From assembly GCA_030390025.1 (NCBI GenBank), contig CM059433.1, positions 10,790,001 to 10,854,000 on the forward strand: a DNA stretch of 64,000 nt. Reading direction: 5' to 3'. Both the position numbers and the translations under genes were made by a program. The stretch comes from Squalus acanthias (Eukaryota). The notes under the pieces were generated by a model. The model saw nothing but the letters and a program-made list of their open reading frames with translations. It did no database searches and was not told where the DNA came from. The stretch's first letter is position 1. Each line of letters begins with the position of its first letter. Positions 9,856 to 19,410 of the stretch are shown here, one piece after another.

Positions 9856-10119
9856 TAAACAGCTCCAACCTGGGAAAATGGGTTGGATCATGATGGCTGG
9901 GCTGAACTTTTCCTCCTCCAATATAAAACCTGCCCCAGAGGGAAAATCAGGCCTGAATGTCAGGAGGGTATTTGACTATTAGGGGCATCATAGCCAATCT
10001 CATTTGCTGTCCTTATTTGATGTCTACACACACTTTTCCAGCAGGGGGTCACTGGACAGTGATCAGGAGGACGAGCCCTGGCTGACATTCGCCTCCTTAA
10101 CCTGTGATTATTGATACAG

Positions 10120-10475
10120 ATTGACAGGGTAGATGCTGAGAGGTTGTTTCCCCCTGGCTGGAGTGTCTAGAACCAGGGGTCACAGTCTCAGGATAAGGGG
10201 ACGGCCATTTAAGACTGAGATGAGGAGGAATTTCTTCACTCAGAGGGTGGTGAATCTTTGGAATTCTCTGCCCCAGAGGGCTGTGCATGCTGAGGCTTTG
10301 CGTATATTCAAGGCTGAGATAGATAGATCTTTGGACTCTAGGGGAAATCAAGGGATATGGAGATCAGGCGGGAAAGTGGAGTTGAGGTCGATGATCAGCC
10401 GTGATCTTATCGAATGGCGGAGCAGGCTCGAGGGGCCGTATGGCCGACTCCTGCTCCTATTTCTTATGTTCTTAA
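10120..10475 (+). mobile_element. CR1 LINE 3' fragment
   Basis: SRTRGHSLRIRGRPFKTEMRRNFFTQRVVNLWNSLP (CR1 ORF2 C-terminus), TTCTTATG tail. Confidence 0.85.
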
Positions 10476-10955
10476 TGTAACAACCCAGCTGCTGAGACCA
10501 GCTAATTCAGCACAGAACAGAGATTGAACCTGGGAGCTTACTAGTTGATCGGGCTCGATACTACCTGAGGCAGTGCAATCGATGGAACTTGGCTTTAAGG
10601 TGTCTGCCATGGCTCAGTTGGTGGCTTTCTTTGCCTTTGCCCAGAAGGCCGTGGGTGCAAAGTCCCACTCCAGTGATTTAACCGCAAGACCTCGGCTGAG
10701 ACTTGAGCGCAATAGTGAGGGAGTGCTGCACTGTCAGAGGTGCTATCCTTTGGATGAGACGTTAAGCCGAGACGTCTGCCCTCTCAGGCAGATGTAAAAT
10801 ATCCTACGGCGCTGTTTTAAAGAAGAGCAGGAGAGTTAATCCCCAATGTCCTGGCTTGTATTTATCCCTCAACCAACACTAAAACAGATGAAATAACAAC
10901 AGAAAACGCTGGAAAAATTCAGCAGGCCAGGCAGCATCCGTGGAGAGAGAAACAG

Positions 10956-10992
10956 AGTTAACGTTTCAGGTCGAAGACCTTTCATCAGAACT
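10956..10992 (-). ncRNA. Minimal type-I hammerhead ribozyme motif (P1, copy a)
   Basis: Minus strand reads AGTT-CTGATGA-A-AGGTC-TTC-GACCT-GAAA-CGTT-AACT: helix I, CUGAUGA core, 5-bp helix II, GAAA and palindromic ACGU. Confidence 0.8.
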
Positions 10993-11250
10993 GGAAAAAA
11001 GCAGGAAATAAAATAGATTTAAAGCAAGTATAAAGCTGGGAAAAGTGGGAGGGGATGAAAGAACAAAAGGAGAGATTAAGAGACATTGAGAGCAGAACTT
11101 CTTCAAGGTAGGCATTCCTAGAAGAGAGGTGGCAGTGGACCAAACACTAATATGATAGCAAAATACTGCGGATGCTGGAAATCCGAAATAACAACAGAAA
11201 ACGCTGGAAAAACTCAGCAGGCCAGGCAGCATCCGTGGAGAGAGAAACAG

Positions 11251-11287
11251 AGTTAACGTTTCAGGTCGAAGACCTTTCATCAGAACT
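11251..11287 (-). ncRNA. Minimal type-I hammerhead ribozyme motif (P1, copy b)
   Basis: Identical to 10956-10992. Confidence 0.8.
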
Positions 11288-12204
11288 GGAAAAAAGCAGG
11301 AAATAAAATAGATTTAAAGCAAGTATAAAGCTGGGAAAAGTGGGAGGGGATGAAAGAAACCTGGTCGTCAGCACGTCGCTGTTTACGGAAGCTTGCTGTG
11401 CGCAAATTGGCTGTTGCACTTCCTATATTACAACAGTGACTACAATTCTAAAAGTGCTTAATTGGCTGTAAAGTGCTATGGGATGACTTGAGGCGCCATA
11501 TAAATGCAAATCTTTCTTTTTAACTGTTGTGACTTTTATTCATTATCTATGTAGCAGACCTTGTTGGGAGTCTCTCAAGCATTTTAGTAAATTATATGCA
11601 GGTGGTGATGAGATTTTGATTCCCACTTCTTTGAATCTAATCAACAAATGGTGCAAAACATGGAAGGGAACTGTGATGAGGTTTTTATAAGAATTCTGTT
11701 ATAAAATTCTTAAAGGCCTGCCCAACACCCTCCAGAAAGACAGCGATAAAGATCGTTGCAGATCTACATATTAGCTGCTGCTGTTGGGATTGCCAGTCGG
11801 TTACATGCGGCCTGTAACCTTGGCATTATGTTTGACCTTAAACTGAGCTTTTTACCCCACATCAGGTCTGCCAGCAAGATGGCTCTAGAATCATGATTTT
11901 GTTGGGCGAGGGTATCAAGGGATATGGAGCTAAGGCGGGTAAATGGGGTTGAGGTACAGATCAGCCACGATCTGACTGAATGGCCTACTTCTCTTCCTTT
12001 ATTCTTCTTATGTTCAGCCAAGGTGACAATATGACTGCTACGATCAGTTCCAATGCCACTGAACAAGGGAGGCACAAGATAGCCAAAGTTCCCACTCCTG
12101 TTCATTGAACAGTGCATGTGTCTGGAGGTTGGTTAAGGATTGGAGCAGGCTCAGCTAAGATTTCCTGTGCAATTGAATAGACTGCCAACATTCACTATCT
12201 AGGT

Positions 12205-12620
12205 AGAATAAGAACATAAGAAGTAGGAGCAGGAGTTGGCCATTTGGCCCTTCGAGCCTGCTCCGCCATTCAACAAGATCATGGCTGATCTTCTACCTCA
12301 TCTCCACTTTCCCGCACTATCCCCATATCCCTTGATTCCCTTAATATTCAAAAATCTATCGATCTGTGTCTTGAATATACTCAACGACTGAGCCTCCACA
12401 GCCCTCTGGGGTAGAGAATTCCAAAGATTCACCACCCTCTGAGTGAAGAAATTTCTCCTCATCTCAGTCCTAAATGGCCGACCCCTTATTCTGAGACTGT
12501 GACCCCCTGGTTCTAGACTCCCCAGCCAGAGGGAAACATCCTCCCTGCATCTACCCTGTCAAGCCCTGTAAGAATTTTGTATGTTTCAATGAGATCACCT
12601 CTCATTCTTCTGAACTCTAG
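12205..12620 (-). mobile_element. CR1 LINE 3' fragment
   Basis: AAGAACATAAGAAG tail, then a reverse match to 10120-10475 and 38571-39253. Confidence 0.85.
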
Positions 12621-13069
12621 GGCTTGGATGGAAGATCAGAGGTCTGCTGGTATCCACAAACCTGAACTCCCGCATGAGCTTGAGCCTCCAGATGAAGGGA
12701 GGGGAAGTGATTAAAAAAAATAATAATATGGGGTTGATACATGACTGAAATCTTTCATTGTACTTTGCAGATCCTGAAAGTAGGCTGATGGCAATTTCGT
12801 GCTGCTGTAAGAAAACCAAGGTTGCAATTTGAAAATATCTGTCCAGACAGGGCTACTATGGAATGCAGTAAATCTGACATCAGCCAGATAAATATCCCAT
12901 ACCACACAATAAAAAATTAGTGGAGTTATTATTAAAGAAAATTTGAGTCATACCGATTGCATTTATTTTAGTAGGGCTCCCAAATGCCACAGGATTGGCA
13001 CAGGAACACCCTACTTAAAAGATTACTCTGCACAGAGACAGAACTTCTCCGCCACCACTGGTCTGGGTC

Positions 13070-13618
13070 AGCCTTTTGGTCTCCTTACCTAAGAAAGGAT
13101 ATAATTGCCATAGAAGGAGTGCAGCAAAGGTTCACCAGACTGATTCCTGGGATGGCAGGACTGTCGTATGAGGAGAGATTGGGTCGACTAGGCCTGTATT
13201 CACTAGAGTTTAGAAGAATGAGAGGGGATCTCATTGAAACGTATAAAATTCTAACAGGGTTAGACAGACTGGATGCAGGGAGCATGTTTCCCCTGGTTGG
13301 GTGGGTCTAGAACGAGGGGGTCACAGACTCAGGATACAGGGTAGGACATTCAGGAATGAGATGAGGAGAAATTTCTTCACTCAGAGGGTGGTGAACCTGT
13401 GGAATTCTCTACCACAGAAGGCTGTGTAGGCCAAGTCACTGAATATATTTAAGAAGGAGATAGATAGATTTCTAGACACAGAAGGCATCAAGGGGTATGG
13501 GGAGAGAGCAGGAATATGGTATTGAGATAGAGGATCAGCCATGATCATATTGAATGGCGGAGCAGGCTCGAAGGGCCGAATGGCCTACTCCTGCTCCTAT
13601 TTTGCTATGTTTCTATGT
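13070..13618 (+). mobile_element. CR1 LINE 3' fragment
   Basis: FWSPYLRKDIIAIEGVQQRFTRLIPGMAGLSYEERLGRLGLYSLEFRRMRGDLIETYKI (CR1 ORF2), with 3' UTR and tail. Confidence 0.9.
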
Positions 13619-13769
13619 AGCCCCCCTCCTGGCAGGTACGAGCACTCCGGATTAAAAGCATGATTGGGAACATTGGCATTTCATGCAATGTGAATTGAAT
13701 GCAAAGGATAGCCGGGCGTCAGCCGTGGCTCTCAGTTGGTAGCACACTTGCATAGGTCGTCAGTGGGGT

Positions 13770-13935
13770 TTGCTTGAAATGAGCCAGTAGCATAAAGATC
13801 GAGTCCAGATCCAGGCAGAGTTGTTCGGTCGGGTGATCTTGGCGCATGTAGCAGCTGGCACAGCTCTCCTACTGCCTCTATGGTGAATTCGTTGTGGGGT
13901 AATACATACCTCACCCTCCTCTCCTCCATCCTGTA
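13770..13935 (-). pseudogene. Decayed Harbinger transposase N-terminal fragment
   Basis: FTIEAVGELCQLL...LDLYATGSFQA aligns by eye to FSKEVVTELCHLL...LNFYATGSFQA of the intact transposase. Confidence 0.65.
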
Positions 13936-14282
13936 CTCCTTCTCCTCCTCCATGAAAATTGCAAACAATGGCCTTTGGGGATCTCATACCAGGTACTCAG
14001 AAGCTCTTACTCTGTGTGGGGCCAAACATATCCCATTGGTTTCACGGGCTGTCACAGGCTCCATCCAGATACGGAGCAAAAAAAAAACTTTCAAAGCTCT
14101 TCTGTAATTCCGTAAATTTCTCTTGATAGTTTCTTCAAGCTGCAGGCTCCAAAATCAGTCACTTCCGTCAGTCTCAGCTAATGCTGGCAACAAATTTGTC
14201 CAACTTACATGTGTTCTGCAGAAGTAACTTCCAAGATTTCGGTGCACCAACCCCAGACCCCCCTCATTAACATATGTTTAAA

Positions 14283-14640
14283 GTACCATCTACAAGATGC
14301 ACTGCAGCAACTCGCCAAGGCTTCTTCGGCAGCACCTTCCAAACCCACGACCTCTACCACCTAGAAGGACAAGGGCAGCAGGCGCATGGGAACACCACCA
14401 CCTCCAAGTTCCCCCTCCAAGTCATACACACCATCCTGACTTGGAAGTATATCGCCGTTCCTTCATCGTCACTGGGTCAAAATTTTGGAACTCCCTCCCT
14501 AACAGCACTGTGGGAGTACCTTCACCACACGGACTGCAGCGGTTCAAGAAGGCGGCTCACCGCCACCTTCTCAAGGGCAGTTAGGGATGGGCAATAAATG
14601 CTGGCCTTGCCAGCGATGCCCACATCCCATGAACAAATTT
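14283..14640 (+). mobile_element. CR1-group LINE 3' fragment (second family)
   Basis: YKMHCSNSPRLLRQHLP...WNSLPNSTVG...FKKAAHRHLL; same family as 34150-34880 and 59013-59430. Confidence 0.8.
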
Positions 14641-15444
14641 TTTAAAAAGTAGTCGCTTGCAGGATTGGCAGTTGAATCGCAGGCAATGCCCAGGCCTGAG
14701 CGGAAATGATGTCACTGCATCATGGGGTGGAAACCTAGTGGAAATGGGTCCCGCCCAGAATTCACCACTCCCACTGAAAATGCTGTCACGTTGAAATAGC
14801 GCCCTGGAAACGCCATAAAAAATTAATAATTTGGGACCATTAGCTTTTTTCCTGTGGGTTGAATCAGCTTGGCCCATCTGTCCCTTTTACAGATAAAGGG
14901 GGATATAAAGGGAAAGGAATCTTTTGCACTATTGTCAAGGCTGCCATATCCAATGGCAGCAACAAATGTGTAAGAGAAATTATGAACTCGTACTGAGCCT
15001 TAATGGATTTACTAATTTTATACTAATTTAAAGTTGAGTATATTCAAGGCTGAGATAGACAGATTTTGGTCTCTAGGGGAATCAAGGGATAGGGGGATCG
15101 GGCAGGAAAGTGGAGTTGAGGTCGAAGATCAGCCATGATCTTATTGAATGGCGGAGCAGGCTCGAAGGGCCATATTGGCCTACTCCTGCTCCTAATTCTT
15201 TTGTAATCATGTTCTTATGCAACTATCGATAAAGATTATATACACAGGCTTCGGTGCATGGGTACTGAGACTAACAGTGCTGGTTTCAGGGAAGTGTCAG
15301 ATTTTTATGTATGATAAAAAGAAAGACTTGCATTTATATCGCACCTTTCACAATCTCAGAACATCCCAAAGCACATTACAGTCAATGAAGTACTTTTGAA
15401 GTGTAGTCACTTTTGTAATGTAAGAAATATGGCAGCCAATTTGT

Positions 15445-15610
15445 GAGGTCGCACAACACCAGGTTATAGTCCAACAGTTTTATTTGAAATCACAAGCTTT
15501 CGGAGCTATCGATCGCCCCTTCCTCAGGTGAAGTAGTTGGACTATAACCTGGTGTTGTGCGACCTCTCAATTTTGTCCACCCCAGTCCAACACCGGCATC
15601 TCTGCATCAG
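15445..15610. mobile_element. Short Penelope-derived (family P2) insertion with inverted ends
   Basis: 31-bp perfect inverted repeat (15445-15475 / 15536-15566) around a hammerhead motif. 11-bp TSD AGCCAATTTGT at 15434-15444 and 15611-15621. Confidence 0.8.
15490..15531 (-). ncRNA. Minimal hammerhead ribozyme motif (P2)
   Basis: Minus strand reads TCAC-CTGAGGA-A-GGGGC-GATCGATA-GCTCC-GAAA-GCTT-GTGA. Confidence 0.7.
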
Positions 15611-15701
15611 AGCCAATTTGTACACAGCAAGCTCCCACAAACAGCAATGTGATAATGACCAGAAATTCTGTTTTAGTGATGTTGACTGAGGGATAAATAT
15701 T

Positions 15702-16452
15702 GGCCTGTAATTTCCGATAGGAGGCTTCCTGCATGCGGATGCCTCCTATCGGGAAAAAATCTACGCCCTTACCTGAAGGCTCTCGAGGTCCGGCCATTTC
15801 CGATCCTGGGCCTCTCCACGACAAAATGCGCAGGGCCCACGTATCCCAGGGGCGCAGGCGGTTCGCAAGCGTCCCTGGGATCACGTGGGCCAGGCGAGCC
15901 AATGGGAGAAGGGAATCCCCCTTCATACTTTTGACAGGTAGACCCGTCAAATATATGAATGGGGATCACTGAAAAAAGACATCAAAACATTAAATACATT
16001 AAAAAAAACCATCACGTTTTTAAAATGAGTTAAAATTACATTAAATTAAATATTTTAAACAAAAATTTAATTTTTTGAAAAAAATAATTAAAGTTTTTTA
16101 TGGGGCTAAAAATAAACTTACCTTTTGTAAAAGTATTTTTAAATTATAAATGAGTGAAAACATTTTTTTTTACTTTTTTAAACTCTTATGCTGGTAAAAG
16201 CAGGCCTTACTCCTGCTTTTACCAGGCGTAAGATTCCTAAGGGTTTTCAGCAGGCGGAGGTTCTGCAGAAAGCGGAACTATCCGCCCGCAGAGGCCCTTC
16301 TCCAGAGCAGGCGTCCGATCCGTCAAGAGGATTCTCGACAGATCAGAAATGCCGGTTTTCAGCGCATGCGCTTCGCATTCCTGAAACCGGCATTTCCGAT
16401 GTCCCTACGGGTGTCCTCTTACACACCCGTATGGCATCGGAAAATACGGACC
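15702..16452 (-). mobile_element. Non-autonomous Harbinger-type element, family A, copy 2
   Basis: Ends GGCCTGTAATTTCCGAT / ATCGGAAAATACGGACC. TSD ATT at 15699-15701 and 16453-16455. Reverse homologue of 941-1675. Confidence 0.85.
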
Positions 16453-17024
16453 ATTGTTCCCCTGCTATGCTTCAAAATAGGGCCATGAGATCTTTTGTGC
16501 CCACCTGAGAGGGCAGGCAGGACCTCGGTTTAACGTTTCATCCAAAAGACGGCACCTCCGACAGTGCAGCACTCCCTCAGCCTATATTTTGTGCTCAAGT
16601 CCCTGGAGTGGGACTGTGAACCCACAACCTTCTGACTCAGAGGCGAGTGTGCTACCCACTGATCCATGGCTGACCCAGCTAATAGGCAAAGAAAATGTGT
16701 CCATCGAGTTTAGAGTCTTGGGGCCCTTGATTTCTGTGTGATGGCTGAGTCTGTGTGCAGATCAAAGGACAGGAAAAGGTTCCATTTATTTTTATGGACT
16801 TAATGCACGAGGCACATAAGTAAACAAAGGTATTTTACATCAAACAGGAGATGGATTTAAGAAAACACTAAAAATAAAACTGTAGATACAAGGATTTGTG
16901 TTTGGGATCGATTACACACATATTTCAAATCTGATTTGTGCATATGGATTTCAAAAAGACCATTTGAAAATCAAGAGGAATTAATTCATTATACACAGTT
17001 GTTACTGATTAGAAATCCATATGA

Positions 17025-17480
17025 AAAAAGAGAAAGACTTGCATTTCTATAGCGCCTTTCACGACCACCGGATGTCTCAAAGCGCTTTACAGCCAATGAA
17101 GTACTTTTTGGAGTGTAGTCACTGTTGTAATGTGGGAAACACGGCAGCCAATCTGCGCACAGCAAGCTCCCACAAACAGCAATGTGATAATTACCAGATA
17201 ATCTGTTTTTGTTATGTTGTATGAGGGATAAATATTGGCCAGACACCAGGGATAACTCCCCTGCTCTTCTTCGAAATAGTGGCCATGGAATCTTTTACGT
17301 CCACCTGAGAGAGCAGACGGGGCCTCGGTTTAACATCTCATCCGAAAGACGGCACCTCCGACAGCGCAGCACTCCCTCAGCACTGCACTGGGAGCGTCAG
17401 CCTAGCTTTATGTGCGCGAGTCCCTGGAGTGGGGACTGTGAACCCACAACCTTCTGATTCAGTGGCGAAGTGCACTACCC
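17025..17480 (-). mobile_element. SacSINE1-like Deu-SINE, near full-length
   Basis: Head (...CCCACTGAGCCACAGCTGACA) through tail, reverse match to 55949-56420. Confidence 0.9.
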
Positions 17481-18286
17481 ACTGAGCCACAGCTGACAGT
17501 TAGGCATAAAGGGCCATACTTTTGACTAAAATCCTTGTTTGCATGTCACACACGTATGCATACATGTGTGTGTTTGTGTGCATGCGTGCATATATAAACG
17601 CCCACATGTAAATACACACAGCATACACAGATATGCGCGTGCGACACACACACACACACACACATGCATAGTATTAGACTGGGTTTATGTTTGTTTCTGT
17701 TTTAAGTGCTCTGAGAAGTTTATTTTCAAGATGCTTCAACTCACCTTCTCAAGTCTCCCTCAAATTCTTACTGGGTTTCAATTGTAAGGCCTGATTATAT
17801 ATGCTACTCTCTTTAAGTGCCTTCCTGTTTTATATATAATTAAAAAAAATAATATTGTGTATAAAACCGCAAGACTTTTAGATCTATTTCCACTGGAGAA
17901 AGTGCTAGTGATTCACTTTCTCCGGTTGAAACACATTGAAATGTCTAAGTGAGTGATATGTTTGTATAAAAGTTCCACAGAACTTCCACCTGCCGCGCTG
18001 GCTTGGCGCTGACCTTGCTCCGAAACCTTGGGGCCAAGTTCATTTAAATAACAGGGGCTGGCACTGTGGCTGCTAATGGCACAACAGGGGCACCTGCTCA
18101 AGTCAAGAGCGTGATCTTAGAGCGGTACCCAGCAGTGGGGAGCTATAATTAGCGTCCGCATCGGATTAGGGAGGGAAAATCGTCAGGGTTTCCATTCCTG
18201 CTTGCTACCGGGTGACTCTTGCTGGAATGTACAACGTGTGTGAACCTTGGGTGAGGTCAAATCAGCCTCAGCTGCAGGTTCCCACA

Positions 18287-18293
18287 GGAAGGA

Positions 18294-18327
<34 letters not shown>
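18287..18327 (+). repeat. (GAAA)n microsatellite, expanded SINE tail
   Basis: GAAAGAAAG run abutting a SINE-tail remnant at 18330-18400. Confidence 0.9.
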
Positions 18328-18329
<2 letters not shown>

Positions 18330-19189
18330 CAGATTTCCATTTCACAATGTCAGGATTTCCCAAAGCGCTTTATAGCCAACAAAGTACTTTTGAAGTGTAG
18401 GCACATGCTTACACATAGGTGCAGAATGATTATAGGGTATGCTTCCATTGTCAAGGGATGTTCTCCAGTACTTTACCCAATTGTCCATTCCTCACATGTG
18501 AGCTGAGATGGTGAGTGTCAGCTGCTGGTTTGACTGTGGAAGCTAACGCAACAGAGATTGATCCTATCTTCTAACAGCTGTCCATTGTAGCACTGAGGCT
18601 GCTGTGCATCTGCATAATGTCCCGTGACCTCTCGGACCTGGGTCAAAATCCAGTCCAGATGGTTGGAATGAAAGTCTCATTTCTCTTTCCTGGTTGAAGG
18701 GTCATACATGGAATGAGCAGGCCCTTTTATGTTGGTGTCAGCAGGGTTGTTGGCAGCACTGGTTCCTGAAGCACGGGCCTTGCGATGCCACGTACAAGCT
18801 GAATATGCAGCAGCTGGAACTCACTAATGCTGGCAACCTGGAAGACCCGTTAGCTGGTCTCCTGGGCTGCAGATCCTAGCAAGACCTGGCATTTTAGCGT
18901 TCAGCTTCCAGCGCAAGCAAGACATGCACTTTGATGATGCACGACCCCGACTGGCAAGAGTGACCCTTCTCAGCTTCTAATGGGTGTCCTTCCACAGAAC
19001 AATCTTACCCACAATTCGACATGGGTTGGTGCTAAATTGAAAATGATTTAGACCCAAAAGCGACTGGAGTAGGATATAGAAATCTCACACTGGTGGGTGC
19101 TCTCTTCTGAGGTTAGTTTTGAGACATTGTTGAGGCAGAGTAGAAGGTGAACTGCTGTGGATCTTACACCTGATCAGGGATCAGGGAGC

Positions 19190-19410
19190 GATTAATGGTG
19201 GTGTTTATAACAACAACAGCTTGCATTGATATAGCGCCTCTAACGTAGTAAAACGTCCCAAGGCGTTTCACTGAGGTGCAGTCAGAAAAAAAATTGACAC
19301 CGAGCCAAAGAAGGAGCCATTCGCACAGATGACCAAATGCTTGCTCAAAGAGGTAGGTTTTAAGCAGAGTCATAAAGGAGGAGGGAGCGGTGGAGAGGCA
19401 AAGAGGTTTA
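19190..19410 (-). mobile_element. L2 LINE 3' fragment
   Basis: (AAC)n tail followed by GCATTGATATAGCGCC...AGAGGTAGGTTTTAAG. Confidence 0.75.

Larger units (their letters stand above)
10890..11360 (-). mobile_element. Penelope-like terminal-repeat tandem (family P1) with two hammerhead motifs 295 bp apart
   Basis: Near-identical repeats of about 175 bp start at 10890 and 11185. Related copies at 28290-28380 and 62573-62675. The Penelope assignment is inferred from the hammerhead motif. Confidence 0.75.
10600..11520 (+). mobile_element. Deu-SINE split by the Penelope-like insertion at 10890-11360
   Basis: SINE body 10600-10889 ends ...CACTAAAACAGAT and resumes CTGGTC...TATAAATGCAAATCTTTC at 11361-11520. 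Confidence 0.75.
15321..16675 (-). mobile_element. Deu-SINE carrying two nested insertions
   Basis: SINE pieces at 15321-15444, 15622-15701 and 16456-16675 are colinear with intact copies. Confidence 0.8.

Noticed and set aside
12771..12806. Possible micro-exon (TTTGCAG...GTAAGA)
   Set aside because: Two of three frames have stops, and there is no homology or neighbouring exon support.
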